A DNA stretch of 64,000 bases, taken from positions 64,001 to 128,000 of the forward strand of contig CAWAWS010000039.1 of the NCBI GenBank assembly GCA_963785725.1, read 5' to 3'. Under the pieces are notes generated by a model. The model did no database searches. It saw nothing but the letters and a program-made list of their open reading frames with translations, and was not told the origin of the DNA. Shown piece by piece: positions 53,575 through 63,554 of this stretch. The stretch comes from an uncultured delta proteobacterium. GTDB lineage: Bacteria > Myxococcota_A > Polyangia > Palsa-1104. A program made the translations under genes and the position numbers. Positions within the stretch are counted from its first letter, which is position 1. Each line of letters starts with the position of its first letter.

Positions 53575-55910
53575 TGCCCGGCAGCTCGGCCACGGCCACG
53601 CGCGCGCATTCGCGGTGGGATCGGCCGCTGGGCGCCGCTGCCGTCGCTGTCGCTGCTGTCGCGACGTTCGCAATCGGCGGCGTGCATCCGCTGACGCAGG
53701 TCGCGCTCGGTGTCGCGGTGCTGGCGTTGACGGCGGCCTATCTGGCATCGCGCGGGAAGACCGGCGCGCGCCTCGTGCCGTTCGCGTCGCTGCTGGCGTT
53801 GATGGTCGTGGCGACGGCGCTGCAGCTCGTGCCGTTGCCGTCGCCGCTCGTGCATTTGTTGTCGCCGGCGGCGTACGACGTGCGCCGCAGCGTGACCACG
53901 TCGTGGTGGCTGCCGCTGACGCTCGATGTGCCGGCGACGCTGTTGGCGCTCGTGCGCGCGCTGTCGGGGCTAGGCGTGCTCGTCGTCGTCGCCGGGGCGG
54001 CCCGTTCGCGGCGCGCGGCGCGGCGGCTGCTGTTCGGCCTGGCGCTGCTCGGCGGCGGCTTCGCGCTCGTCGCGTTCGCGCAAAAGCTGGCCGGCTCGTC
54101 GGCGATCCTCGGGTTCTATCATCCGCGTTCGACGCCGGGCGCGGGCGTGTTCGGCACCTTGGTCGACATCAATCATGCGGCGGCGCTGTTGGCGTTGACG
54201 GCGCTGATCTCGGTCGGGCTCGGCTTCGAGCTGCCCGATCGGCGCCGCTATGTCGCCTTCGGCTGCGCGGCGTTGGCGATGGTGGCGCTGTTGATGACGA
54301 TGTCGCGCGGCGGGCTCGTCGGCTTCGCCGCCGGCGGGCTCGTGTTGATGGCGGTGCTGCTCGGGCGCTCGCTCGGCGTGGCGCGCGGTCTCGTGAGCGC
54401 GTGCGTGCTCTTGCTCGTCGCGGCGTCGGTGACGCTGTGGGCCGGCGAAGGGTTGCGCGCCCGCTTCATGCCGCCGTCGGCGAGCCAGCTGTGGCAGAAC
54501 CAAAAGACCCGCGGCTGGCGCGACGGCCTGAGCATGACCGGCGATTACCTCTGGACCGGCGTCGGGCGCGGCGCGTTCGAGGCGCCGCTGCGCGCCTATC
54601 GCGGCGACGACGAGTCGGTGCGGCTCGTCTATCCCGAGAGCTTCATCGTCGAATATGCGGCGGAGTGGGGCTGGCCGATCACGCTGGCGCTGGCGTTGTT
54701 GGCGCTCGTCGGTGTGAAGCGGACGCTGGCGGAGTGGAGCGAGCTGACGCCGGGCACGATTGGCGCGGCGGCGGGCGTCATCTCGGTGGTCGTGCACGAG
54801 CTCTTCGACTTCGCGACCGAGCTGCCGGGCGTGGCGCTGCCGGCGATGGTGGCGCTCGGCGTCGTCGCTGGGCGCGTGGCCGCGCAAGAAGACCGACCGC
54901 AGCGTTTGCGTCCGCCGGTGACGGTGCCGCTGTTGGCCCTGACGGCGTTGGCGCTCGCAGTCGCCGGCCTGTGGGCCGCGCCGCGCACGCTCGACGGCGA
55001 TGGCGCGCGCCTGCACGACGCATTCACGGCCAAAGCGCCCGATCTGACGGGCCCGCTGGCGTCGGCGATCGCGCGCCATCCCGCCGACGATTACCTCGAG
55101 CTCATCGCCGCCGAGGACGGGCTGCGCCGGCGCGACGCCGCGGGCGCGATGCATCACCTGAATCGCGCGCTGCAGCTGCACCCGGCGAACGCGCAGACGC
55201 ATCAGCTCGTGGCGCGCCTGTTGGCGAAGGCGGGACATCCGGCGCAAGCGGCGCTCGAGTATCGGCTGGCGCTGCAGCATGGGCTGCCGCCCGACTACGG
55301 CGAGCTGACGCGCGTGCTCGGTCGCTACGTCGTCGACGCCGTGCCGCAAGAGCCGCCGCGTTTGGTCGCGCTCGCCGGCAGCTTGCTGGCGATCGGTCAC
55401 GGGCCCGACGCCGTCGTCGCCTGCCGGCGCGCCGACGAGCTGTCGCAGCCGCGCGAGCCGGCGCTCGTCGCCTGCACGAAGCTGGCGCTCGATAACAACG
55501 CGCCGACGCTGCTGCTGCCGTCGGCGCTGGCGCTGGCCGAGGAAGCGAGCGAGCCGGAGTCGTTCGCGCTCGCGGCGCGGGCGTTGACCAAGGTCGGTCG
55601 CGCGCCGGCGGCGGCGGCCGTCATGGAGCGCGGCATCAAGGCGCACAGCGGGGACGGCGGCCTCGTCCTCGTCGCGGCGCGGCTGCGCTTCGAAGCCGGC
55701 GACCTGCCGGGCGCGCGAGCATTGTTGGCGCGCCGATCCGACGACGCGTTCACGCTGGCGCAGCGCGCCGAGACCGAGCTCTTGCTCGCCGACATCGCCG
55801 ACAAAGCGGGCGATCCCGAAGCGGCGGTCGTCGCGCGGGCGCGAGCGCGCATGGTCGAGCGACGCATGAAAGAATCTTCGTTCAACCAACCCGAGGGACA
55901 GCGCAAGTGA
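53574..55910 (+). CDS. O-antigen ligase (Wzy_C) family membrane protein with a TPR-like C-terminal domain
   Basis: About 12 TM segments; FGTLVDINH, SRGG, WTGVGRGAF; helical repeats at the C-terminus. Confidence 0.78.
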   Translation: MPGSSATATRAHSRWDRPLGAAAVAVAAVATFAIGGVHPLTQVALGVAVLALTAAYLASRGKTGARLVPFASLLALMVVATALQLVPLPSPLVHLLSPAAYDVRRSVTTSWWLPLTLDVPATLLALVRALSGLGVLVVVAGAARSRRAARRLLFGLALLGGGFALVAFAQKLAGSSAILGFYHPRSTPGAGVFGTLVDINHAAALLALTALISVGLGFELPDRRRYVAFGCAALAMVALLMTMSRGGLVGFAAGGLVLMAVLLGRSLGVARGLVSACVLLLVAASVTLWAGEGLRARFMPPSASQLWQNQKTRGWRDGLSMTGDYLWTGVGRGAFEAPLRAYRGDDESVRLVYPESFIVEYAAEWGWPITLALALLALVGVKRTLAEWSELTPGTIGAAAGVISVVVHELFDFATELPGVALPAMVALGVVAGRVAAQEDRPQRLRPPVTVPLLALTALALAVAGLWAAPRTLDGDGARLHDAFTAKAPDLTGPLASAIARHPADDYLELIAAEDGLRRRDAAGAMHHLNRALQLHPANAQTHQLVARLLAKAGHPAQAALEYRLALQHGLPPDYGELTRVLGRYVVDAVPQEPPRLVALAGSLLAIGHGPDAVVACRRADELSQPREPALVACTKLALDNNAPTLLLPSALALAEEASEPESFALAARALTKVGRAPAAAAVMERGIKAHSGDGGLVLVAARLRFEAGDLPGARALLARRSDDAFTLAQRAETELLLADIADKAGDPEAAVVARARARMVERRMKESSFNQPEGQRK

Positions 55911-55947
55911 CCATGCGAGTCGACATTTCGTCCGCGCCCGTGCATTC

Positions 55948-56964
55948 GTGAGCCTGCTCGTGACCGGCGGCGCCGGCTTCATCGGCGCCAACTTCGTGCG
56001 TCGTCGTCGGCACAGCGAGCCGGGCGAGAAGCTCGTCGTGCTCGACGCGCTCACCTACGCCGGCAACTTGGCCTCGCTCGACGGCATCGACGGCGTCACC
56101 TTCGTGCGCGGCGACATTTGCGACGGCGCCGTCGTCGAAGCCACGCTGCGCGACCATGGCGTCGACACCATCGTGCACTTCGCCGCCGAGAGCCACGTCG
56201 ATCGCTCGATCCTCGGGCCGGGCGCGTTCGTGCAGACCAACGTCGTCGGCACGCTGACGCTGCTGGAGAAGGCGAAAGCGGCCGGCATCAAGCGCTTCCT
56301 GCACGTCTCCACCGACGAAGTTTACGGCGATCTGGCCATGGACGACCCGGCCTTCACCGAGGCGACGCCGATTCGTCCGCGCTCGCCCTATTCGGCGTCG
56401 AAGGCGGGCTCCGATCACTTGGTGCACGCCTGGTTCGAGACCTACAAGTTCCCGACGCTGATCACGCGCTGTTCGAATAATTACGGCCCATTTCAGTTTC
56501 CCGAGAAGTTGATTCCGCTGATGATATTGAACGCGATGGCGGACTTGCCGCTGCCGGTTTACGGCGACGGCATGAACGTGCGCGACTGGATTCACGTCGA
56601 GGATCACTGCGATGCCATCGCGCGCGTGCTCGCCGCCGGCAAAGAGGGCGAGGTCTACAACGTCGGCGGACGCAGCGAGAAACCCAATATCGAGATCGTC
56701 AAAACGATATTGAATATCCTGAATAAGCCCGAGTCGCTGATTCGTTATGTCGCCGACCGGCCCGGGCACGATCGCCGCTACGCCATCGACGACCGCAAGA
56801 TCGAGCGCGACCTCGGCTGGACGCGCGCGCGCCGCTTCGACGAGGGCTTGCGCGCGACGGTCGCCTGGTATCGCGCCAACGAGCCGTGGTGGCGCGCCAT
56901 CAAATCGGGCGAATACACCAGCTGGTACGAGCGCAATTACGGCGGGCGCGGAGCGGCCAAGTGA
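55948..56964 (+). CDS. rmlB: dTDP-glucose 4,6-dehydratase
   Basis: [37 protein letters not shown]. Confidence 0.96.
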   Translation: MSLLVTGGAGFIGANFVRRRRHSEPGEKLVVLDALTYAGNLASLDGIDGVTFVRGDICDGAVVEATLRDHGVDTIVHFAAESHVDRSILGPGAFVQTNVVGTLTLLEKAKAAGIKRFLHVSTDEVYGDLAMDDPAFTEATPIRPRSPYSASKAGSDHLVHAWFETYKFPTLITRCSNNYGPFQFPEKLIPLMILNAMADLPLPVYGDGMNVRDWIHVEDHCDAIARVLAAGKEGEVYNVGGRSEKPNIEIVKTILNILNKPESLIRYVADRPGHDRRYAIDDRKIERDLGWTRARRFDEGLRATVAWYRANEPWWRAIKSGEYTSWYERNYGGRGAAK

Positions 56965-57803
56965 GGCTCGTCGTCCTCGGCGCCGGCGGCTTGCTCGGCC
57001 GGCACATCGTGCTCGAAGCGGCGCGCGCCGGCCTCGACGTCGCCGGCTTCACGCGCGCGCAGTGCGACATCACCGACTCGGCGGTGGTGCACGCGCGCGT
57101 CGCCGGCGCCACAGCGGTCATCAACTGCGCGGCCTTCACCAACGTCGACGGCGCCGAAGCGGACGAAGACGGCGCCTATCGCGCCAACGCGCTCGGCGCC
57201 GAATACGCGGCGCGCGCGGCGGCGGCGACGGGCGCGCGCCTCGTGCACGTCTCCACCGACTTCGTGTTCGACGGCGCGCAGCCGCTGCCGTACGACGAAT
57301 TCGCCACGCCCAATCCGCAGTCGGTTTACGCGCGCAGCAAGCGCGCGGGCGAGATCCTGGCCGAGCGCGCGCTGGCCGAGCTGTTCCTCGTGCGTGTGCA
57401 GGGCCTTTATGGTCGCGGCGGCGCCAACTTCTCGTCGAAGCTGCGTCAGCTCGTGCTCGACCAAAAGCCGCTCAAGCTCGATGGCGAGCGGCGCGTGCAG
57501 CCGACCTGGGCGCGCGCCGCGGCGCTGCAGATCTTGAAGCTGGCGGCCGGCGACGCCTACGGCACCTATCACGTCAGCTGCAAAGGCGAGACGACGTGGG
57601 CCGGCTTCACCGAGCGGCTCGCCGCGCGCTTGGCGCAGCCGGCGCGCTGGACCGTCGTCGGCACGGCCGAGCTGAAGGCGCCCGCGGCGCGGCCGCCGAA
57701 CTGCCTGTTCCAGCAGCGCATGCTGGCCTTGCGCGGGCTCGACCTCATGCCCACGTGGGAAGCGGCGCAAGACTCCTACCTCGAAGAAGAGCAGGCCTCA
57801 TGA
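56961..57803 (+). CDS. rmlD: dTDP-4-dehydrorhamnose reductase
   Basis: [27 protein letters not shown]. Confidence 0.93.
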   Translation: MRLVVLGAGGLLGRHIVLEAARAGLDVAGFTRAQCDITDSAVVHARVAGATAVINCAAFTNVDGAEADEDGAYRANALGAEYAARAAAATGARLVHVSTDFVFDGAQPLPYDEFATPNPQSVYARSKRAGEILAERALAELFLVRVQGLYGRGGANFSSKLRQLVLDQKPLKLDGERRVQPTWARAAALQILKLAAGDAYGTYHVSCKGETTWAGFTERLAARLAQPARWTVVGTAELKAPAARPPNCLFQQRMLALRGLDLMPTWEAAQDSYLEEEQAS

Positions 57804-58675
57804 AGGGAATCGTCCTCGCCGGCGGCTCGGGCACGCGGCTCTATCCGCTCACGCGCGTCGTCTCCAAGCAGCTGTTGCCGATCTACGACAAGCCGATGGT
57901 GTACTACCCGCTGACGACGCTGATGCTGGCGGGGATTCGCGAGATCCTCATCATCTCGACGCCGGCGGATACGCCGCGCTTTGCCGAGCTGCTCGGCGAC
58001 GGCGCGCAGTGGGGCGTGCGCTTCGAGTATGCGGTGCAGGCGGTGCCGAATGGGCTGGCGCAGGCGTTCGTCATCGGGCGCGACTTCGTGGGCGCGAATT
58101 CCAAGGACGGCTGCGCGCTCGTGCTCGGCGACAATATCTTCTACGGCCACGGACTGTCGGAGCAGGTGCAGCACGCGGCGCAGCAGCAGTCGGGCGCGAC
58201 GGTGTTCGGCTATTGGGTCAAAGACCCCGAGCGCTACGGCGTGGTCGAGCTCGACGCGCACAACAACGCGCTGTCGATCGAGGAGAAGCCGAAGGCGCCG
58301 AAGTCGCACTATGCGGTGACCGGCCTGTATTTCTACGATCATCAGGTGCTCGACATCGCCCGCGATCTGGCGCCGTCGGCGCGCGGCGAATACGAGATCA
58401 CGGACGTCAACGCCGAGTATCTGCGGCGGAAGCAGCTGCGCGTCGAGGTCATGGGGCGCGGCTATGCCTGGCTCGACACCGGGACGCACGAGTCGCTGAT
58501 GGAAGCGTCGACATTCATTCAGATCATCGAGCATCGTCAGGGCTTGAAGGTCGCCTGCCCCGAAGAGATCGCCTGGCGCATGGGCTTCATCGACGACGAG
58601 AAGCTGCTGGCGCTGGCGGCGCCGATGGCCAAGAACGAATATGGCCGCTATTTGCAGGCGCTGGTGCGCGGGTGA
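57800..58675 (+). CDS. rmlA: Glucose-1-phosphate thymidylyltransferase
   Basis: [28 protein letters not shown]. Confidence 0.96.
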   Translation: MKGIVLAGGSGTRLYPLTRVVSKQLLPIYDKPMVYYPLTTLMLAGIREILIISTPADTPRFAELLGDGAQWGVRFEYAVQAVPNGLAQAFVIGRDFVGANSKDGCALVLGDNIFYGHGLSEQVQHAAQQQSGATVFGYWVKDPERYGVVELDAHNNALSIEEKPKAPKSHYAVTGLYFYDHQVLDIARDLAPSARGEYEITDVNAEYLRRKQLRVEVMGRGYAWLDTGTHESLMEASTFIQIIEHRQGLKVACPEEIAWRMGFIDDEKLLALAAPMAKNEYGRYLQALVRG

Positions 58676-59217
58676 AGGTCACCGAGACGTCGCTGCCGGG
58701 CGTGCTCGTGCTCGAGCCGCGGCAATTCACCGACGAGCGCGGCTTCTTCACCGAGCTGTTCGTGGCGTCGCGCTATCCGGCGCTGGGCGTGCCCGAGACG
58801 TTCGCGCAGGACAATTTCTCGCGCTCCAAGCGCGGCGTGCTGCGCGGCCTGCATTTTCAAGAGCCGAACGCGCAAGGCAAGCTGGTGCAGGTGCTGGCCG
58901 GCGTCGTGTTCGATGTCGCCGTCGACGTGCGCCGCGGCTCGCCGACGTTCGGCCGCTGGTTCGGCCTCGAGCTCACCGGCGACACGCCGAAGCAGCTGTG
59001 GGTGCCGCCGGGATTCGCGCACGGCTTCTGCGTCATGTCCGAGCGCGCCGACTTCTTGTACAAGTGCACGACGCCGTATTCGCCGGCGCACGAGCGGTCG
59101 ATCTTGTGGAACGACCCGGCGCTGGCGATCGATTGGCCGGTGCAGACGCCGCTGTTGTCGCCCAAAGACGCGCAAGCGCCCACGCTCGCGGACGCGCCGT
59201 TCCTGCCGAATTATTAG
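58672..59217 (+). CDS. rmlC: dTDP-4-dehydrorhamnose 3,5-epimerase
   Basis: DERGFF, LRGLHFQ, GFAHGF, LSPKD. Confidence 0.95.
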   Translation: MKVTETSLPGVLVLEPRQFTDERGFFTELFVASRYPALGVPETFAQDNFSRSKRGVLRGLHFQEPNAQGKLVQVLAGVVFDVAVDVRRGSPTFGRWFGLELTGDTPKQLWVPPGFAHGFCVMSERADFLYKCTTPYSPAHERSILWNDPALAIDWPVQTPLLSPKDAQAPTLADAPFLPNY

Positions 59218-59226
59218 TCTCGCTGA

Positions 59227-61023
59227 CTATTCTAGCGCGATACGCATGCGGCGATAGCGCAACCCGGCGTCGCGGCAGAGCTGCGCCAGCTGCGCGTTGC
59301 GATCGACCGTCAGCCGCGCCGTCGACACGACCAGCTCGTCGACGCGCTCTTGGTCGATGAGCTGACCCAAGCGATCGAGCGGACCCAAGACGCGCACACC
59401 GTGGATGACGCGGCCATGCTTCTGCGGATCGTCGTCGACGAAGCCGACCGCTTGTAGGCCATGATCGCGGTTCTGCATCAGCTCGCGCAACAGCAGCTCG
59501 CCGCCGTCGCCGGCGCCGTAGATGAGGATGCGCTTGCCGACCGGACCGGTCTGCAGCCGCGCGATCCAGCTGCGCATGAGGCGGAACGAGATGCGGCTGG
59601 CGGTGACGCCGGCGAAGAGCAAGAGGCCGTCGAGGATCAAGACCGAGCGCGAGAAGCTCTCGAGGCGGAAGGCGAAGACGATGGCCAAGGTCGAGACGAC
59701 CCACGCGCCCATGACCGCGCGCAGCTGCCGCGACAGATCGCTCATCGACGTGTAGCGCCACAAGCCGTCGTAGAGGCCGAGCACCAAGAACGCGCCCAGC
59801 TGCAGCACGAGCACGATCGGCAGCGACTGCAGGAATTGGCGGTAATACGGCATCACCAGCTCGCCGTCGAAGCGCAGGAGAAACGCCGCGTAGTAGGCGA
59901 GCACGACGACGATGAGGTCGCACAAGACCTCGAAGATGCGGCGCTTGTAGGTGAAGTCGGCGAGCGTCGGCAAGAGCGCGCGGCCGCGGGCGTCGCCTTC
60001 GTCGGCGACGGGCTGATAGACCTTCACGTGGCCGATGAAGATGGCGCAGAAGAGGCACGCCATGAAGAAGCTGGGAACGAGCAGCGCGCCGATCATCCAC
60101 GACGAGTTGCGCACCAAGACCGCGACGGCGCCCGAGAGACCGGCCAGCGTCCACAAGGTCAAGGCGGCGTTCAATTCCGAGAGGCCGAGCGCGACCAGGC
60201 GATGCGACGTGTGATCGCGCCCGCCTTGCGACACCGGCCGGCCGGCCATGCGCCGCGAGATCGTCACCAGCGTCGTATCGACGATCGGAATCAGCAGCAA
60301 GAGCACGGGGATCGCGAGGACCGCGATGATGTTGCGGCGAATGCCGCCTTGATTGTTGACCAGCGTGACCGCGCCGAGGAAGAAGCCGAAGAACAGCGAG
60401 CCGCAGTCGCCCATGAAGATCGACGCCGGGTTGACGTTGAAGACGAGGAAGCCGATGACGGCGCCCGAGAACGCCGCCGCCAAGTAGGCGGCCGTGACGA
60501 AGCCGCCCGTGTGGCAAAAGTAGACGAGATAGAGCGCGGCGATGGCGGCGATGCCGCCGGCCAAGCCGTCGAGGTTGTCGAGCAGGTTGATGGCGTTGGT
60601 GACGCCGACGAGCCAGAAGATCGTGAGGCCGCGGTCGAGGACCTCCGACGGCAGCCAATGCAGACGCAAGCCGAACATCGTGATCGCCGTGCAAAACAGG
60701 ATCTGCCCGACGAGCTTGGCGTACGGCTTGAGCTGCACGGCGTCGTCGATGAGCCCGACGAGGAACATGCCGCTCGCGCACAGCAGCAGCAGGTTCGCGC
60801 CCGGCGCATGCGGCGGCCGCTTGATGAACAGCGTGGTGACGAGGAACGCGACGAAGATGCCGACGCCGCCGTAGAGCGCGGTCGGCTTCTTGTGCCAGCG
60901 ATCGGCGCGCGGCTTGGCGACGAGCTTCCAGTGGCGCGCCGTCGTGCGCACGACGAAGGTGAGCGCGACAGACAGCGCCAAGGCGACCGCAAAGCTCCAG
61001 CCGTATTGCGCGATGCTTGGCAC
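59227..61023 (-). CDS. WecA/MraY-family polyprenyl-phosphate sugar-1-P transferase fused to a 4-TM plus Rossmann (CoA-binding-like) domain
   Basis: GLIDD, NLLDNLDGL, IFMGDCGS, RDHTSHRL; then GLYDGLWRY, IYGAGDGG, GFVDDD. Confidence 0.85.
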   Translation of the reverse strand: MPSIAQYGWSFAVALALSVALTFVVRTTARHWKLVAKPRADRWHKKPTALYGGVGIFVAFLVTTLFIKRPPHAPGANLLLLCASGMFLVGLIDDAVQLKPYAKLVGQILFCTAITMFGLRLHWLPSEVLDRGLTIFWLVGVTNAINLLDNLDGLAGGIAAIAALYLVYFCHTGGFVTAAYLAAAFSGAVIGFLVFNVNPASIFMGDCGSLFFGFFLGAVTLVNNQGGIRRNIIAVLAIPVLLLLIPIVDTTLVTISRRMAGRPVSQGGRDHTSHRLVALGLSELNAALTLWTLAGLSGAVAVLVRNSSWMIGALLVPSFFMACLFCAIFIGHVKVYQPVADEGDARGRALLPTLADFTYKRRIFEVLCDLIVVVLAYYAAFLLRFDGELVMPYYRQFLQSLPIVLVLQLGAFLVLGLYDGLWRYTSMSDLSRQLRAVMGAWVVSTLAIVFAFRLESFSRSVLILDGLLLFAGVTASRISFRLMRSWIARLQTGPVGKRILIYGAGDGGELLLRELMQNRDHGLQAVGFVDDDPQKHGRVIHGVRVLGPLDRLGQLIDQERVDELVVSTARLTVDRNAQLAQLCRDAGLRYRRMRIALE

Positions 61024-61102
61024 TGCCCCCGCCCTTCTTCTTATGCTTCGTGCTGCGACTGCTTAAGGCTTGGTGATTGTACGTGTTCCCGAGCCGTTCA
61101 GA

Positions 61103-62071
61103 TCAAGCGCCGGCGCGCCGCTGGTACTCGATGACGTCGGTCAAGATCTGCGGCAGCGTGATCGTCGGCTTCCAGCCGATGGCCGCGCCGATCTTGGCCA
61201 AGTCGGGCACGCGTCGCGGCATGTCCTCGAAGCCCTCTTCGTAGGCCTTTTCGTACGGGATGTGCACGATCTCCGACTTCGACTTGCACATCTCGCGCAC
61301 GGTCTTGGCGAGGTCGTTGATCGAGATCTCGGTGTTGTTGCCGATGTTGAAGACGTGGCCGTAGCTGGCTTCATGGTCGAGCAGGCCGATGAGCGCGCGC
61401 ACGACGTCGCTGACGTGGGTGAAGCAGCGCGACTGCTTGCCGTCGCCGAAGACGGTGATCGGCTCGTTCGCCAGCGCCTGACGCACGAAGTTCGGCACCA
61501 CCATGCCGTACTGACCGGTCTGGCGCGGGCCGACCGTGTTGAAGAGGCGCGCCAACACCGTCGGCAGTTTGCGCTCTTTCCAGTAGGCGATGGCGAGGAA
61601 CTCGTCGATCGCCTTGCTGCAGGCGTACGACCAGCGGCCCTTCGTCGTCGCGCCCATGACCAAGTCGCCGTCCTCGCGGAAGGGGAACTGCTCCGACTTG
61701 CCGTAGACTTCGCTCGTCGAGGCCACGAAGATCGGGCGCTTCTTCTTGTTGGCGAGATCGAGCATGATCTCGGTGAGCCCGATGTTGGTCTCCATCGTGC
61801 GCACCGGCGATTCGACGATCAGCTTGACGCCGACGGCGGCCGCCAGGTGATAGATCTTGTCGCAGCCGTCGACGAGCTCGGCCATGAGGTGCCGATTCGA
61901 GCAGCTGTCGATCGTGTAATGAAAGCGATCGTGCGTCTTGAGGTGGCGGATGTTGTTGATGCTGCCGGTCGAGAAGTCATCGACGACGTAGACTTCGTGG
62001 CCGCGGCGCAGCAGCTCTTCGGCGAGATGTGAGCCGATGAAGCCGGCGCCGCCTGTAATGAGATAACGCAT
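61103..62071 (-). CDS. NAD-dependent nucleotide-sugar epimerase/dehydratase
   Basis: GGAGFIG, STSEVYG, YACSK, RLFNTVGP. Confidence 0.92.
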   Translation of the reverse strand: MRYLITGGAGFIGSHLAEELLRRGHEVYVVDDFSTGSINNIRHLKTHDRFHYTIDSCSNRHLMAELVDGCDKIYHLAAAVGVKLIVESPVRTMETNIGLTEIMLDLANKKKRPIFVASTSEVYGKSEQFPFREDGDLVMGATTKGRWSYACSKAIDEFLAIAYWKERKLPTVLARLFNTVGPRQTGQYGMVVPNFVRQALANEPITVFGDGKQSRCFTHVSDVVRALIGLLDHEASYGHVFNIGNNTEISINDLAKTVREMCKSKSEIVHIPYEKAYEEGFEDMPRRVPDLAKIGAAIGWKPTITLPQILTDVIEYQRRAGA

Positions 62072-62121
62072 TAAAATGTATGCCCTCGTAACGTTGGTGG
62101 ACTTCTAGCATAATAACATTC

Positions 62122-63198
62122 ATGCGTCACCCCGACGTGCCTATGGCGCGCCCGTTTCTCGGGGTCGAGGAGGAGGCCGCGGCCGCCCGAGTCTTGCGCT
62201 CGGGCTGGATCATGCAGGGCCCGGAAGTGGCCGCGTTCGAGCGGGAATTCGCCGATTTCGTGGGCGCGCCGCACGCCTGCGCCACGTCGAGCGGCACGTC
62301 CGCGCTGCACTTAGGTCTGCTTGCGATCGGGGTGCGTCCAGGCGACGAGGTCATCACCGTCAGCCACTCCTTCGTCGCCACCGCCAACAGCATTCGCTAT
62401 TGCGGCGCCACGCCCGTCTTCGTCGACATCGAGCCCGAGACCTACAACATCGACGTCCGCTCGATCGAGCGCGCGCTGACGCCGAAGACGCGCGCGATCT
62501 TGTGCGTGCATCAGCTCGGGCAGCCGTGCGACGTGCGCGCGATCGTCGACTTGGCGCGCGCGCGCGGCCTCGGCGTCGTCGAGGACGCGGCGTGCGCGGC
62601 CGGCAGCGAGCTCGAGTGGCACGGCCGTTGGGAGCGCATCGGCAAGCCGCACGGCGACGTCGCCTGCTTCTCGTTTCACCCGCGCAAGCTGATCACGACC
62701 GGCGACGGCGGCATGGTGACGACGGCCGACGCGACGATGGACGCGAACCTGCGCGCCTGGCGGTCGCACACGGCGGCGGCGGGGATCGTCGGGTTCAACT
62801 ATCGGCTCACCGACGTGCAAGCGGCGATCGGGCGCGTGCAGCTCGGTCGCTTGCCGGGACTGGTCGCCGAGAGGGAGAACCTCGTCGCGACGTTGCGGCA
62901 GCGCTTGCCGGGGCTGCGTTTCCCGTCGCTGCCGGCGTGGGCGCGGACGAACTGGCAGAGCTTGTGCGTGCGGCTGCCGTCGGCGGAGGCGGCGACGGCG
63001 CTGTTGGCGCGGCTGGCCGACGCGGGCATCGCGGCGCGGCCGGGGCTCGTCAACGCGCACGAGCTGCCGGGTCAGCGTGACGGGGTGCGCGCGCCGCTGC
63101 CCGAGTCGGAGCGCGCGGCGCGCGAGTGCGTCCTGCTGCCGCTGCCGTCGGGGATGACGGCGCGAGAGATCGATCGCGTCGCGGCCGCCGTCGGCTGA
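62122..63198 (+). CDS. DegT/DnrJ/EryC1/StrS PLP sugar aminotransferase
   Basis: SSGTSALH, EDAACA, FSFHPRKLITTGDGG, GFNYRL. Confidence 0.9.
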   Translation: MRHPDVPMARPFLGVEEEAAAARVLRSGWIMQGPEVAAFEREFADFVGAPHACATSSGTSALHLGLLAIGVRPGDEVITVSHSFVATANSIRYCGATPVFVDIEPETYNIDVRSIERALTPKTRAILCVHQLGQPCDVRAIVDLARARGLGVVEDAACAAGSELEWHGRWERIGKPHGDVACFSFHPRKLITTGDGGMVTTADATMDANLRAWRSHTAAAGIVGFNYRLTDVQAAIGRVQLGRLPGLVAERENLVATLRQRLPGLRFPSLPAWARTNWQSLCVRLPSAEAATALLARLADAGIAARPGLVNAHELPGQRDGVRAPLPESERAARECVLLPLPSGMTAREIDRVAAAVG

Positions 63199-63203
63199 GC
63201 GCG

Positions 63204-63554
63204 TCAGCGACGATGGGCGACGACGCGTAAGGTGTCGCCGAGTCGGCTGGCTCTGGCGACGCCGTTGATGGCCTCGATGGCCAAGTCCGCGACGCGCGCG
63301 CGCACCGAGCTGCGGCTGCCGGCGTCCCGAACGCCGTCGTCGCTGGGCAGCGCGATCGGCGCCGCCGGGCGCGGCTGCGTCGGCGCGGCCGCCGGGGCCG
63401 GCGTGGGCGTGCGCGGCTGGAACGACGCGCCGCAGCTCGGGCAGGCGGCGAGCACGAGCGGGCCGCCGCCGATCGCCTCTTTGCCGGCGACGGCACGCTG
63501 GCGATAAGGGCCGCTGTGGCCGCACGCGGGACAGGCGCGGATCGGTTGGCTCAA
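63204..63554 (-). CDS. Small Zn-ribbon protein, possibly a methyltransferase remnant
   Basis: TTG start overlaps the GT4 stop; CPAC...CPSC; ends GDTLRVVAHRR. Confidence 0.5.
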   Translation of the reverse strand: MSQPIRACPACGHSGPYRQRAVAGKEAIGGGPLVLAACPSCGASFQPRTPTPAPAAAPTQPRPAAPIALPSDDGVRDAGSRSSVRARVADLAIEAINGVARASRLGDTLRVVAHRR

